DNA of 64,000 bases. Source: Eledone cirrhosa (taxonomy: Eukaryota). The DNA lies in the NCBI GenBank assembly GCA_964016885.1, contig OZ024740.1, positions 227,478,001 to 227,542,000 of the forward strand, read 5' to 3'. This document shows positions 23,756 to 38,305 of the stretch, in pieces (within the stretch, counting starts at the first letter, position 1; every line of letters begins with the position of its first letter). Position numbers and translations under genes: made by a program. The notes under the pieces are model-generated. The model was not told the origin of the DNA. It did no database searches and was given only the letters and a program-made list of their open reading frames with translations.

Positions 23756-25060
23756 TCAATAATAATAGTAATAATAATAATAATAATACCTGTATGTAGA
23801 CATTGTATTTTCCAACTCGGGGAGCAGATATTTCACGTTTCTGAAATAAACAAATAGAAACAGGTATTTAGAAACAGTAGAGAGAAATCTGGTGTAAAGA
23901 CAGGTTGGATAGATCTAGAAGGAGGGGATTTTAGAAGACATACTTTGAAGAAAAGACTGTGTGAAGAGGTTAGTGAAGAGCCTGGTTGTAGGGCAGGTCC
24001 TGAGTGTTTGGACACAATACCGATGGTGGGAGGGGGAGAGGTGATCGAGTCAGAGAGTTTCTGAGTGTAGCCTTCCACCTATCTGCCCAACAAAGATCTA
24101 GTCTCCTGAAAATGGAAAAAATATTTTTTAATGTTCATTTTATTAAGGCTAAATAGTGAGTATTGTAACTCTGGAGTTTTGCCTGTTATCACAGGGTCAT
24201 CAGACAAGACAGTTCTTGTCTAATGACCCTTAATATTAAAACGCTACATTGGTATTGAATACTCTTTTCTCTCAGCCATCATCCACATCCAGATATTTAT
24301 TAATGTCATTATATTCTTTATGATTAATGATAAATTTTGAATAGTTTTCATGTAGACCAACTTTATACATCATCATTTTATATCTGTTTATCCATACACA
24401 TACTGTCTCTTAGGGAGTTTTTGTAAATGTCTCCTACATATTAGAACATTCTTAACCATTCAACTTATAGTTAATTAATACATGTATACATTATGTGTAT
24501 ATACCGAACATTATGTGCACATATATGTGTATATATTGGTTACCTTGGTCGGAAATCTTCCATAAAATATATAAACTTAATAAAGACGACGAGTTCTGAG
24601 ACTAGACTTAAACACCACATGTTTTAAACAAAAGTTGCTACCAAACCACTCTTATATAAAAACTATTAATCCACACTAAAATATGCCAAAATCACAAATG
24701 TTTAATCCTTCTTCCTATCAAACTGCCTGAAACTACCCTTGTATCTATGATACAAAACAAGCATATATATCTATATATATATATATATATACACACACAC
24801 ATACATTTATATATACATATACAGTATATATATATATACATACATATATATATACATACATATATATATATATATACATCATTCATCATCATCATCATTT
24901 CATTTTACGTCCGCTTTTTCCCTGCTTGCAAGGGTGGGACGGGACATATATATATATATGTATGTACACACATATACAATATATATATATATATACATAT
25001 ATATGTATATATATATATAATTGTTTCTACTTTTTGGCATAAGGCCAGCAATCATCCCAG

Positions 25061-26503
25061 TATAAGGGAGCAGTCAGGAAAGTTAGGATTAGCAATGACT
25101 ATAGCGAGGAATTTAGCGTACAGGTCGGTGTCCACCAGAGCTCTGTTCTTAGCCCTCTCCTGTTCATCATACTCCTGCAGGCAATAACGGAGGAGTTTAA
25201 GACCGGATGCCCATGGGAACTCCTGTATGCAGATGACCTCGCACTTATAGCTGAATCTATGGTAGAACTAGAAAAGAAATTCCAAACTTGGAAGCAGGGA
25301 CTAGAAAGAAAGGGTCTCAAAGTCAACATGACAAAGACTAAGGTCCTTGTAAGTAGACGAGAAAACAGAACCCAGATCCCCTCAAGGAAATGGCCTTGCT
25401 CAGTATATAGGAAAGGTGTAAGTAGGAACTCCATTCTCTGCCCCAAATGCAAACAATGGGTACACAAGAGATGTAGTGGGATCTCAGGAAGCTTAATTAA
25501 GAATGTAGGCTTCACATGTAGCAGCTGTGCTGAGACAGCAAGCAGCAAACAGCCACAGGAAACAAGTACCACCAATCTCTGGGAGGGCTCTGTAGAAACA
25601 GTAGACAGCTTCTGCTACCTAGGTGACCGAATTAGCAGCAGAGGTGGGTGTTCGGAAAGTACAATAACTAGGGTAAGAACGGGATGGAAGAAGTTTAGGG
25701 AACTACTGCCACTGCTAGCTGCAAAAGGCTTTTCCCTCACAATGAAAGGCAGACTGTATGATGCGTATATCTGAACAGCAATGTTGCATGGTAGTGAGAC
25801 CTGGGCCCTGAAGGTGGAAGACTTACGTAGACTAGAAAGAAACAAAGCCTGCATGCTCTGATGGATGTGTAATAGTAATATACGCGAACGGCAAAGCATA
25901 AATGAATTGAGAGTGAGACTGAGCATAAGAGGAATCAAATGCTGTGTGCAGGAGAGGCGGTTGCATTGGTATGGGCATGTGATGCGTATGAAGGATGGCA
26001 GCTGCATCAAAAGGTGCAGAGCATTAGAAGTCGATGGAAACCGCGGAGTGGGGAGATCCAAGAAGACCTGGGATGAGGTGATAAAAGCCGACCTTACCCA
26101 ATTACACCTCTCAAAGGTGATGACACATGACCGTGACCTCTGGCCTCAAGTAGTAATACAGAGTACCCGACCTCCCACGGGTACAAGCTAAAGCTGAAGC
26201 ATATAGACAATATGCCCCCACCCTCCCACTGTAAAGTGGTCATGGAGGTGCCACGGCAAAAAAGCACCCAGCCCACACTGTAAAGTGGATGTGTAGGCGC
26301 CACGGAAAAAAGCACCCAGCACTCACTGTAAATGAGGTTGGTGTTAGGAAAGGCATCCAGCTGTAGAAATCAAGCCAAAATCAGTTCCTGTATGAGCAAG
26401 ACAAGGTCAGCCAACCGGACACTGCTCACAACAGGACAACCTGTCTAACCCATGCTAGCGTGGACGAACAGACGTAAAACAGTGATGATGATGATGATGA
26501 TGA
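25061..26503 (+). pseudogene. 5'-truncated RTE-1 copy with stops and indels
   Basis: High nucleotide similarity to about 2095-3519, including the 3' UTR and (GAT)n tail; in-frame TGA stops. Confidence 0.95.
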
Positions 26504-26514
26504 TATACACACAC

Positions 26515-26551
<37 letters not shown>

Positions 26552-26975
26552 CTGATGTGCATGTGAAGGAGAAAAGGAGATATTATGTACATGGGGAGAG
26601 AGTATGGAGAGTATGTGTGGCAGAAGAGAGACAGGAGAGAGAGAGAGAGTAAGAGAGACTGTTTCTCTGTGAACCTATCATATCTGAGATATTTCTTACA
26701 TGTCAATCATATATTTAGTGAGTGTCGGATAACTGAATTATAATTTGTGTGTTCCTGTAAGAAATCTGGTAGAAGACTATTAGTTATTTTGCCAAAGCTT
26801 ACTGGGAATGTTGGCAATCTCACACAGCAAATGCACACACTAGTTTTGAAGTCATTAGCTTGCTCCATTTAACTTGTCAAAAACTTCATTTCAACATATC
26901 ACTATTATTTTGAAGTGTCTCTTGTTAATGTCCAACACAGAAATAGATGAATGTGTGTGTGTTTGTGTGTGTGTT

Positions 26976-27017
<42 letters not shown>

Positions 27018-27037
27018 TATATGTATATACATGTATA

Positions 27038-27116
<79 letters not shown>

Positions 27117-27189
27117 GTATATACATGTATATATATATATACATATATATATATATGTATATGTATATATATATAAATGTATATACATG

Positions 27190-27244
<55 letters not shown>

Positions 27245-28694
27245 GTATATATATGTATATATATATATATATACATATGTGTGTATGTCAGTATATGTGG
27301 GAAAATGGACATTAAATGATGATGATGATGATGATATATATTCATGTGTATGTAGATATATATGCACGCACACTGAGAGAGACATAAGTAAATAATATAT
27401 TTGTAGGTAGACACACAAATAGATAGATAGGTAGAGAGATAGAGAGATAGAGAGATAGAGAGATAGACTAGTTAAATGGATGTATAAATAGACATATTGA
27501 CAAGTAACAACGTAAATAGAAATACTTCATACTTTTCTTGACATATTTTACATCTTCAACATCTCTAATCTTTCATTATCATGTGAGATCAGCAATAATT
27601 TCTTCCCACACACACAATCATATATACCTATATATATATATGTGTGTGTGTGTGTGTAGTGTGTTCCCCTCAGGCACTTTTGCACCACTCTTTGTTAACA
27701 CATAATCAGTGCATAATTTTTTTATTTTTTTTTTTTTTCTTTCTTTATATATTTGGCCATATTCTAAGTCTAGTCAACTTGCTGAGTGAATATTCTTTAC
27801 TGAAGAAATCTAATAAGACTGAAATATGTTCATTGCTTTCAACAAGTTGTATTGTATTAAATTGATTAAAAAGACTAGGATCAACCAATGTTAGAGGGAT
27901 GTTTTCTCCCTTGCTTGCTTCTCGTCACCTAGATACTCCTAAAGTTTGTTATGGTTTTGAAATTATGATGATAGACTGGGTTGTTTTCTCACTTGCCATA
28001 TTCAGATAGCAATACTATCATCATCATCATTTTATGTCTGTTGTTCCACACTTGCATGGGTTAGACGGATCTTCTTCAGTACAGCATCTCTCCCCTTATT
28101 GTGTTCCTTTGTCATCTCCTATCTGGTGGTGATGTTGGTGGCAATGATGATGACAATGATGATGATTATGTGTATGACTTATGACCTTTACTGTCAGACA
28201 TTCCCCAGACTGGTGAGATCAATAAAGTTGATGTTCAGCTTAAGCATCTGGTAAGTCGACAATGTCTGCAGGGAAAATATTGGTTAGGGAGTGGAAATAA
28301 TTTCAAAGGAATTAATCCTCTATAGAGTACAATTAAAAGAGGTTGCCTTATAGTGAGATGTCAGATGGTCAATGGAATGCTTGGTAGGAAGCAGAGAAAG
28401 GTGGCAGGGGCTAATGGGGAACTTTACTTTACAAAATAGAGTGTGACAGTTCCAGCTATTTCAATAAAATCGGTTTCTTTCTTAATCTCACTCATCAAGT
28501 TATAATATATATTAATATTTTGATTAATATATAAAATTATTAATCATATTATCTAACAAATGCCCAGGTAAACCAGAGTGCTAAGTGCTAAAAGTAGCCA
28601 CTGTTAGAACCTAAAGCCAGCTCTATTAATTAAAATTTTTTAAGATTTTTTCAGCAGTAAGAATTGCCTAGACAAAATGTGCCAAATATCATGC

Positions 28695-28730
<36 letters not shown>

Positions 28731-28789
28731 ATGTATTTATATATATATATATATATATGTGTATGTATATATATATGTATTTATTTATA

Positions 28790-29105
28790 TATCATCATCA
28801 TTATCATCACTGTTTTACGTCGATTTTTCCACACTAGCATGGGTTAGACGGGTTGTCCTGTTGTGGGCAATGTTAGGTCAGCTGACCTTGTCTTGCTCAT
28901 ACAGGAACTGATTTTGGCTTGATTTCTACAGCTGGATGCCCTTCCTAACACCAACCTCATTTACAGTGAGTGCTGGGTGCTTTTTTTCTGTGGTACCTAC
29001 ACATCCACTTTACAGTGTGGTCTGGGTCCTTTTTTGTCATTACTCCTCCACGACCACTTTGCAGTGGGAGGGAATGGGGGCATATTGCCTATATTCTTCG
29101 GCTTT
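28790..29105 (-). mobile_element. RTE-1 3' UTR-only copy
   Basis: Reverse complement matches 3218-3519 and 26190-26503. Confidence 0.85.
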
Positions 29106-29983
29106 GGCTTGTTTTTACTATAAGATTTTTTTTACTATAAAAATAGTCAAAATAATTCTACTATAAGTGGCTTAAGACAGAAAAAGAGAACAATGTGACC
29201 TATGGGAATCGAACTCACATTTGCCATCACATCGAAGTGAGACTGATCACTCTGCCATCATTTTTAAGTTTTATCTATTAGCCAATTGACGTAAACAAAG
29301 AATTAAGTGTTTGAATATTTGAAAATATGTTAGCTTAAAGTAAGCTGTTTCAACCTAAGTTTGCTTTTTATTATAAAAATAGTTGTACAAGTTTGACCCC
29401 TACAGACATAAATTTGTCCATGTCTCTATGTTTACATTTACTGTTTGTTAATGCCATGTAACTTAGCAGTTTGACAATGAGATATTAATAAAATAAGAAC
29501 CAGACTTGAAACAAATATGTACTTGGGTTGATATCATCAAATAAAACCCCTGAAAGCAGTGCCTTTATATTGCTGCCATATAATGGGTGAAATTATTAAA
29601 AGAATAAAAGAAAATAAAAGAATATTATGTCATCATCATCAGGTCGAGCTTGCTCGGCTTCCTACAACACGTTTCCTCCATCCATCTCTGTCTCTCATAG
29701 CATTTGCCAGTCTTCCGCAGCACCTCCAGTATCGTCCTCAAGTTGCTTGACGTATGTTTTCTTGGGACGACCAGCGTTTCTTGCTCCATGAGATTATTAT
29801 GAGAATATTATGTATGTATAAGAATATAAAGAAATATAAATATATATATGTGTGTGTGTGCGTATGTAATATATATACATATATTTAAATATACATATAT
29901 ATGTATATATATATATATACATACATATATATATATATACCAATGATATTAATAAATGGAAACTATATTTATAAAACCATATT

Positions 29984-30049
29984 TATTTTATTATACGTAT
30001 ATATTTCAAGGGTACTAAAAACTTTGGTACGCTCTCATCAGATAAAATA
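29984..30049 (-). ncRNA. Type I hammerhead motif related to the 5900-5961 motif
   Basis: Minus strand reads TATTTTAT CTGATGA GAGCGTAC..GTACCCTT GAA ATAT-ATAC-GTAT A ATAAAATA. Confidence 0.7.
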
Positions 30050-30536
30050 CAAAATTATATATCTCTTTCCTTATATATGTATATATATATATACATAAAT
30101 ATATAAGAAAGCTAGCTGTCGAAATGACCGATGCTCAACCGCCGGGTCCTGACTCTTTTCATATTACCCACTCTACTACCCTAATTATTGTGTACTCTGG
30201 TGCATTATGGTCCATCTGGTATCTTACCACACCCTCTTTGTTACATAAATATTTATATATACATATATATACATATATATATATGTGTGTGTAATGGTTA
30301 CACATTGGCCCGGCAAACCAAAGATGTACATCAACACTCATCCTTTTTTCCATTCAGAGGGTTTTTTAAAATCCCCACTAACAGACTAATTCTATTTAGT
30401 CAAATACGGTGTAAGCACATATTACTACCTAATTTTCAAATTGCTAGCTGTTTGTAAACAAAGCCTGCTTTGTGTCTCCCTATTTATATATGTATATACA
30501 TATATATTTATATATATTTATTTATTTATTTATATA

Positions 30537-30576
<40 letters not shown>

Positions 30577-30589
30577 CATACATACATAC

Positions 30590-31346
30590 CAACTGACCAA
30601 AGATGTCATCACGGTACTAGCTACCTATGAGGCATGATGTAGTGGCCAAAACACTGTACAATGCAATCTGTAGAAAAGATAGCCCTGATAATAAACACAT
30701 TAAAAGCTACAGCAATGTGGAAGACATATAAATAATATGAAAGAGTACTGGTGGAACGTTCCAGTAAAAACCCCAATAAAATGCAGGCATAACAGACCAG
30801 ATATGGGACAGGGAAAAGAAGGCATGCACAGTAGTGGAAGTTAGCTGCCCAGCAGATGCCAATATAATATCAAAGATTAGCGAAAAGGACAATATTTATA
30901 CAGAACTAATGAGAAATCTACAGATACTCCACCCTGATTATCCCTTCAGATTTATGTCTGTGATTATTGGGACACTGGGATATGTTAGTAACTGCCTCAA
31001 TACAACTCTTGAGAAGCTGGGCTTGACAGAAACAGAAGGAACACGAATAGTTATTAAATTATAAGTACAATCCATTAATGGAACAGTAAAAATATGTAAA
31101 ACATTTCAAGAAGTTTGCATCTAATAACTGCATATATACATGTACAGATACAAAGCGTATGCACATGCACACATACAACTCAAAACATCCACATCTACAC
31201 ATACAATAACATCCATACCTGCATGCAGACATGCAGACATATCTACCTAGTTGATGGTGCATAAATTCCAATGAGAGAGACTTGAAACTATGTTAGAAAC
31301 CGACTCTCTATTGGCAAACATTTGTAAAATTATAAAACCAGAAGAA
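30590..31346 (+). mobile_element. Dong-B 3' fragment
   Basis: Matches about 19922-20687; preceded by (TACA)n and followed by ACATACATA. Confidence 0.9.
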
Positions 31347-31680
31347 CATACATAGATATATATATATATATGTATGTATATATTAGGAATATATATCCAT
31401 CCCACCCTTGCAAGCAGGGAAAAGTGGACGTAAAATGATATACATATATATATATCATCATCATCATCATCATCGTTTAATGTCTAACTTCCACGCTAGC
31501 ATGGGTTAGACGGGAGTTATCCCACTTGAGGCAAGATTGGTCAGGTGACCGTGTTTGGCAGGTTTTCTACAGCTGGATGCCCTTCCTAACACTAACTACA
31601 TTTACAGTGTGTACTGGCAGTTTTTTACCATGTTACCTACACGGCCACATTACAGCGTATATTTATATATATTTATATAT

Positions 31681-32104
31681 ATAGTAATAATAATAAATTT
31701 GAAGACTAAAATCCAAAGAGGGCTCGATAAGGATAAATATATATCAAATATATAAGAACCATAGAGCAAATATTTATTAAAATAACAGATTAAAGTCTAA
31801 GCAAAGAATCGCTGCTTTCACCCTTAACGGGATCTTCTGAAACTAACAAAGTCAATCTGTAAATGCAGAAGTGGATATTTCAAAAAACGTTGCAACCGGA
31901 GGAAGACAGGAAGACGATACTTTGGTTTAGGTATGTTTTCCTGCTTGGTACGGGTATGTTCTTTGTAGAAATATTCAGATGTTGTTTCTGCATGATGAAT
32001 ATAAGTCAATAGCTTAACCGAGGGAGCCAAATAGTAATAATAATAAATTTGAAGACTAAAATCCAAAGAGGGCTCGATAAGGATAAATATATATCAAATA
32101 TATA
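31681..32104. repeat. Identical 74-bp direct repeat with a 350-bp period
   Basis: 31681-31754 equals 32031-32104. Confidence 0.9.
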
Positions 32105-34772
32105 TATATATATATATATAATAAATGTAATCTGAGTTTTTCGAATATTAATAATAACATTTGATTCGTTTGCAATTACACAAACAAGCCTCAATTTTAT
32201 AGCCATGTCAGTAGAATGAACCCTTCATTCTTGCTCTTGTGTTGGCATGTGAAATATACGTATATGTAAAACCCTTTCTTAGGCGCCTACAAATATCTTC
32301 AGGAGAATTACAATTAACAGACCTGAAGATGTATAGACTATAGTTTCAAGAATACCAAAATTTGGTATAAACCATTTGGAAATAGGGGTGGGAGGTATTA
32401 AAAAAAAAGAGGTGGTGTAGAGAAAAGTGAATTTATATAGAAATGGTATTTGCAGGCTTTGTCTATCAGCAAATCACCTCTGGCAATAAAGCATCCATCT
32501 AATATATTCAACCATTTGCATACTACTAGAAGAGCAAAGATAGCGATGATGGTGATGGCAAAGATTTAGTTTGTGTTGGAACTGATGGTGATGAGAGGGT
32601 GAAAACAGGGAGTTGTGACGGGGAGGAGGAGAAGAAGAAGAAGAAGAAGAAGAAGAAGAAGAAGAAGAAGAAGAAGAAGAAGAAGAAATTCAGATTGGAA
32701 TCTAGAGATATTATCTTCCAATTTCCCATCAGCCTTTGCTGTTGTTCTTCTTAACAGTTTGGCCAATTGTTAATCTAATAAAGAACCCAAAACACAAAAG
32801 CCATTCTTTTTCTATTTGGAATCTAAAGAAGTGTCACAAACTGGTGCAGCTAGCCGTTTATAGTTATTAAGTACATCGGTATAAGAAACAAATTTCACAT
32901 CCAATCTCTTCCAACCATTGTTAAGCAAGCTCTTGTACATGATTCTTTCTTTATTGCCCTTGTATTATTGTCCTCCTAAACCTTGCACCACCCTGTATCC
33001 TTCTCACGGGCTCACAATAATTCAACTGGCTTCTCTTTCTTTTCCCCTTTCACCCAAAATATTTCTTCACACTAGCCACTACTCAACTAAATCCTTTCCC
33101 TCTCAGCTATATTCTTCTTCAAAACTTCTTCAACATTCCTTAATCTTGATTCTTCATGCAGTTTCTTCTTATTGTTATTATCTGTACAATCATATGCATG
33201 AGTCACTCGCCAGTCACAACTGAAACGGCACCCCTTTTCCAGTCATACTCACCCTACATCCTTCTATTCAACCAATAGACAAGCCAGCCTATCTATTGTG
33301 AGCAACACGAGAGCCATTTGTCATCCAATCACAAATTGCTTCACTCCTTAACAATATCTTTTATCGGCTTTACTTCAAATGAATGACTTCCGTTTAAATA
33401 TTTTTATCTTGTCTATTTTTATTTGTTTTTATTTGCTTTGACATTTTTTTTAGTTTATTTTTAGTATTTTGTTGTTGTCAAACCAATATTTATTTGATAC
33501 TTCTGCAGAATTTAAATTCCTTGAGTTTTTTCACAAGAAAATATAAGAGTCATTATGAAGGTGGGCCAACAGTTATTATTGAGTTACAAAACATTATTTA
33601 GATTAATACAATGTCTCAAAGCAGTCTAACCAAATTTATAAAGAAGGAAAGATCTAAAAACAAAAACATTATAACCAACCAAAACAGAAATATTTCATTA
33701 AATTTATCTCTCTATAATTCAAAAGTTCCCATGTTTTAGTATTTCTTTCCAGCTTCTTAAAATTTATTTCATCATTTTTTTTTTTAAATTAGAAAGCAAT
33801 TGTCTGTTAAACAATTCAGATGAGAGAATGTTCAGACTGTTTCATAGTGGACATATTTGTTGTGTAGAAAAATTTCTCATTCAATGCAGGAAATGAAACC
33901 ACATCAAGACAAAAGGAAAATTATTTTAAAAATCTGTAAATATGAAAAAAAAAAAAATAAATAAATAAACACAAGTTAACTTTTCCTAACTATGGTTTAG
34001 GAACACATAGTTTCTTGTATGAGAAGCCCCTACACCACTCCCTCAAAAAAGACTTTCTCTCTCACATTTAAAAAAAATATGTTTTTGAAGTTATTTTAAC
34101 TTTTTTTTTTATAAAATCAAGTCATTTTCATTTTTGTTTTTGGTTGTTTTTAGTTTTGTCTATTTTTAATCGATACAAAGTTTCATTAATATCTTGTAAA
34201 TGGCTATATGGTTAAGAAGTTCACTTCAGAATGATGTGATTTTCGATGGCACTTTGAGCAAGGTTTTTTCTACCATAGCCCCAAGCCAACAAAGGCTTTG
34301 TGTTAGAATTTGGTAGAGAGAATCTGTAAGGAAGGACAAAAAATATCCTTTCTGTTTCAACATATATATTTATGTATATAAAAGTATATACATTGTATAT
34401 ACAGTATATCATCATAATTATCATTCAACTGTAGAAATGAGTTGCGATGTCTCTGGTGCCAAGTAGTATTGGCCTTTGCTTTTCTCTTGGACAACTGTTG
34501 ATCTTTCACAAAAACACCTTGCCAGTGCTTGTATCTCAAAGTAGAACTATATATATATATATATCATCATCATCACCATCATCATCATTGTTTAACATCC
34601 ATTTGTCCATGTTTGCATGGGTTAGATTGATTGTGACGTTATGAGATAAGTCAGGTCAGGTAACCATGTCTTGCTCATATGGATCTGTATTTTAGCTTGG
34701 TTTCTATGGCTGGATGGCCTTCCTAATGCCAATCACATTACAGTGTTGACTGGGTGGTTTGTTTATATATAC

Positions 34773-34812
<40 letters not shown>

Positions 34813-35431
34813 AAAAATATATAATTCCAAAAAATATCAAATAAACCCATCACAAATGATTTATTAAACTCTATATGGTGAAAGTTATCTGAACAAGTAT
34901 ACAAACATTTATATCTTCACATATCTTTATATACAAACTCTATATACATACTCTATTATATGCCAGTACACTAGCACAAGCAGCTTCATGTACATATACA
35001 AATTTACAATACCATACACTTACCTGTACATAAGCATACACAGATACCTGCTCACATGTTTACACATGCTGCACATTCATAAAAACATAGAAGCCCAGAC
35101 ACACCTATACATATATACATGCAAGCATGGAAAAACGGACGTCAAAACGTATATATATATATGTATGTGTGTGTATGTATAAGAGAGAGATAGACCATTC
35201 ATACCTTTTTTACACATATCTCTCCCTCTCCACCTACTCACACAAAATAAACATGTGTTCACATTCCATAACTTTCTAGATGTTTTAGAAAATGTAAAAC
35301 AAATTCTCCTCAAAAAGCTGATAGGAAAAAATTTGTGAACATGCCTATGCATGTGCTTCGGTGTATTTACGTATGTGCAAGTCCGTATGTGTGCAGCTTT
35401 TATTGTTGTTATCATTGAAATTATTATTTTA

Positions 35432-35517
<86 letters not shown>

Positions 35518-35519
35518 AT

Positions 35520-36440
35520 TTCTTGGAACTTCCTTTCAATTCTGCTTCTTTCCCAGCCCTCGACCAATCAGGCAATGTGATCGGTGGAAACTCCACCTTG
35601 GCGTTCTATAGAGGATTAGTGGAGGGGAAGAGCGATGACATACTTGGGGAAACTCTAGGCGTCAACGAAAATCAACTAGCCAATCTCTTCGGAAGAACTT
35701 TCAGGCCGGGGCCTATGGACCAGAAATCCCTGGCCTGGCTGTGCTACCGAGGTGCTTTGCCAGTTCGGGATAAACTCTACAGGCATGGAGGTGCCGTCAG
35801 CCGGGCATGTCCGAGATGTGCACAGGGCGACGAAACCGTCATGCACACACTCGTCCAGTGTCCGAGTATTGCTGACTTATGGGTTTATGTCAAACACCTG
35901 CTGTCGCATGTAGAACGGATCCGCCTATCAGCTGAGTCCATCTTGAGGATTGCCCCGCCCTCTTCCTTTAGCCGGGAAGGGCAGGCAGTTTTTATCTGTC
36001 TGGTGACCATGGCGAAAGAGATGGACACATCTGAAAGGGCTGAAGACGAGTACTTATCTCTTCAGTGATGCCCTGATTAACTTTTTCAAATTTCATTTGA
36101 AAAGGCAAGTCAGCATTTTGTTGAAAGATGGGTGAGAGAGGCAAGAATGGCCCGAGTGAATGGGCCTACTCTAAGTATGTGCCTGTAAATTAAAGGTGGA
36201 AAACTGGGAGAGGGCACTTGCCCTCGTGGTCAGGGTCACTGTGGCTTTTTAATGGGCTTTCTCCACGGATGTCCCTCGGAAGTCTCCCCCGTATTGGGGA
36301 ATTTTTCATTGTTATTTTTTTGTTACATCCTCTGTTTTTGTTTTTTACACACAGAAATGCCCATTTGTACCGTCCTGTATTGTCCTGTACTGTCCTTAAT
36401 GTCTACTTTATGTAAACCCATGTGGTTAATAAAGAAAGAA
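35520..36440 (+). pseudogene. Tx1-like LINE 3' fragment with C-terminal zinc knuckle and 3' UTR
   Basis: AWLCYRGALPVRDKL...CPRCAQGDETVMHTLVQC; embedded in (TTA)n/(TTG)n. Confidence 0.8.
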
Positions 36441-36457
36441 AGCATTATTATTATTAA

Positions 36458-36494
<37 letters not shown>

Positions 36495-38213
36495 TATTCT
36501 TTTTCTTGTTCTGTAGCATAGATTTCATATACTTAGGTAAGAGATGGGGGTGAGGTATAAATCTTTGGGTAGATTCAAAGAAAAATATTAACATTCCAGA
36601 TTTTTGCCATTTTTTGTTGGTATTTTTTTTTTGGAGGAGGGGGTCCTGTGTGTATGTATGTGTGCATGTGTGTGCATGTGTGTGTATGTGTGTATGTGTG
36701 TGTATGTGTGTGTATGTGTGTGTATGTGTAAATGTGTGTGTGTGTGAATGTGTATGTGTGTGTATGTGTAAGTGTGAGTGTGTGTGTATGTGTGTGAGTG
36801 TGTGTATGTGTGTATATGTGTGCGTGTGAGTGTGTGTTTGTGTGTGTGTGTGTATGTATATGTGTATATGTGAGTATGTATGTGTGTATGAGTGTGTGTG
36901 TGTCTGAGTCTGTGTGTATGTGTGTGTGTGTGTCTGAGTCTGTGTGTCTGTGTGTATGTATATGTGAGTGTGTGTGAGCAGGTGTGTATTTGTGTGTCTG
37001 TGAGTGTGAGTGTGTGTATTTGTGTGTGTTAAAGTCAGTCTTAAATTATAACATTTATGGAATGCAAAAACAATTTGTTTTACAGAGCATTTGGACTAAA
37101 ACATCCTTCCTTGATATGCTATCTGTAGTAATCCCATTTGTTTGTCTCTTTTAAATGTTTGTTTTATTTACTGATTTTATTTACATTGTATTTTTTTATC
37201 CACCATTTTTTTATTATTTCTTGTTTAGTAATTTTGTATATTTTTTATTTTATTTGGGGTCTTTTTTTCCTCACAAAGTTTGATATGAAGAGTTTCATAA
37301 AAGAAAATTATCGAAAGAAGAGAAAAAAATTCTTCAGTGTAAACGTGTGATCAGTCATCCAGATAGCAGAGCTTGATATGTTCTAGAATATTCCATTTCC
37401 ATTTTGTTTTACTATATTGCTCGCAGACACCTCTCCCTCATGAACCCTACCTATCTATCTAACTCTCATTCTCTCTCTGTCTATCTCTATTTCTATCTAG
37501 CTCTCATTCACTATCTATCTATCAATCTATCTCTATCTATCTAGTTCTCATTCTCTTTCTCTCTTTCTTTCTCTCTCTCTCTCTTTCTCTCTCTCCCCCT
37601 CTCTCTCTCTCTCTCTCTCTCTCTTTTTCTCTCTCTATCTCCATCTCCTCAGTATTTAAATGCCTTACTAACGTCAGTGACAATTCCTTGGAAGACAGAG
37701 GGAATCATAAAGCATGGAACGAGATAATGTGGGCTGGAGTGGAGTGGGTGTGGTACTTTGCTGGTAGGGATGATGGTGAGAGGGTTCTGGTGTTGGTGGT
37801 GGTGGTGGTGGTGGAGGGGGTTAGGGAAGGTTAGTGTTTACGGTAGATTTGTCTTCTTCTCCGATAGGATAAAAATCCATTTCCAATATATTCTTCGAAT
37901 GAAGAAGAAGAAAGGAAATATAAAAGAAATACAGTGGGAAAAAAATTAAATGAAAACAAACTCCAAGATTGGAATAAATGGAATCGAAGAAGAGGAAGAT
38001 CAAGGTAGAGTAGAGAAAGCCAACAGAGAATGGTGAGTGTGGGGGGTGTGGTGTTCAGGCAAGTGTAAATATGCTCAGAGAAAAATGGGTGACAAACTTT
38101 GAGACATCAAAAGTCTGAGAGCAGATTATATGCTTCAGAAGAAGCTGGGACTAACTAAAAGAAGATGGAACCAAGCAGATAAACTCATACACATACATAT
38201 ATATAATATATAA

Positions 38214-38305
<92 letters not shown>

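Noticed and set aside
26874-27418. Many overlapping Tyr/Ile ORFs
   Set aside because: Translations of (TA)n microsatellite.
32295-32330. TCTTCAGG...CCTGAAGA short inverted repeat (similar one at 46587-46608)
   Set aside because: Too short, and no correctly placed GAAA/stem III.
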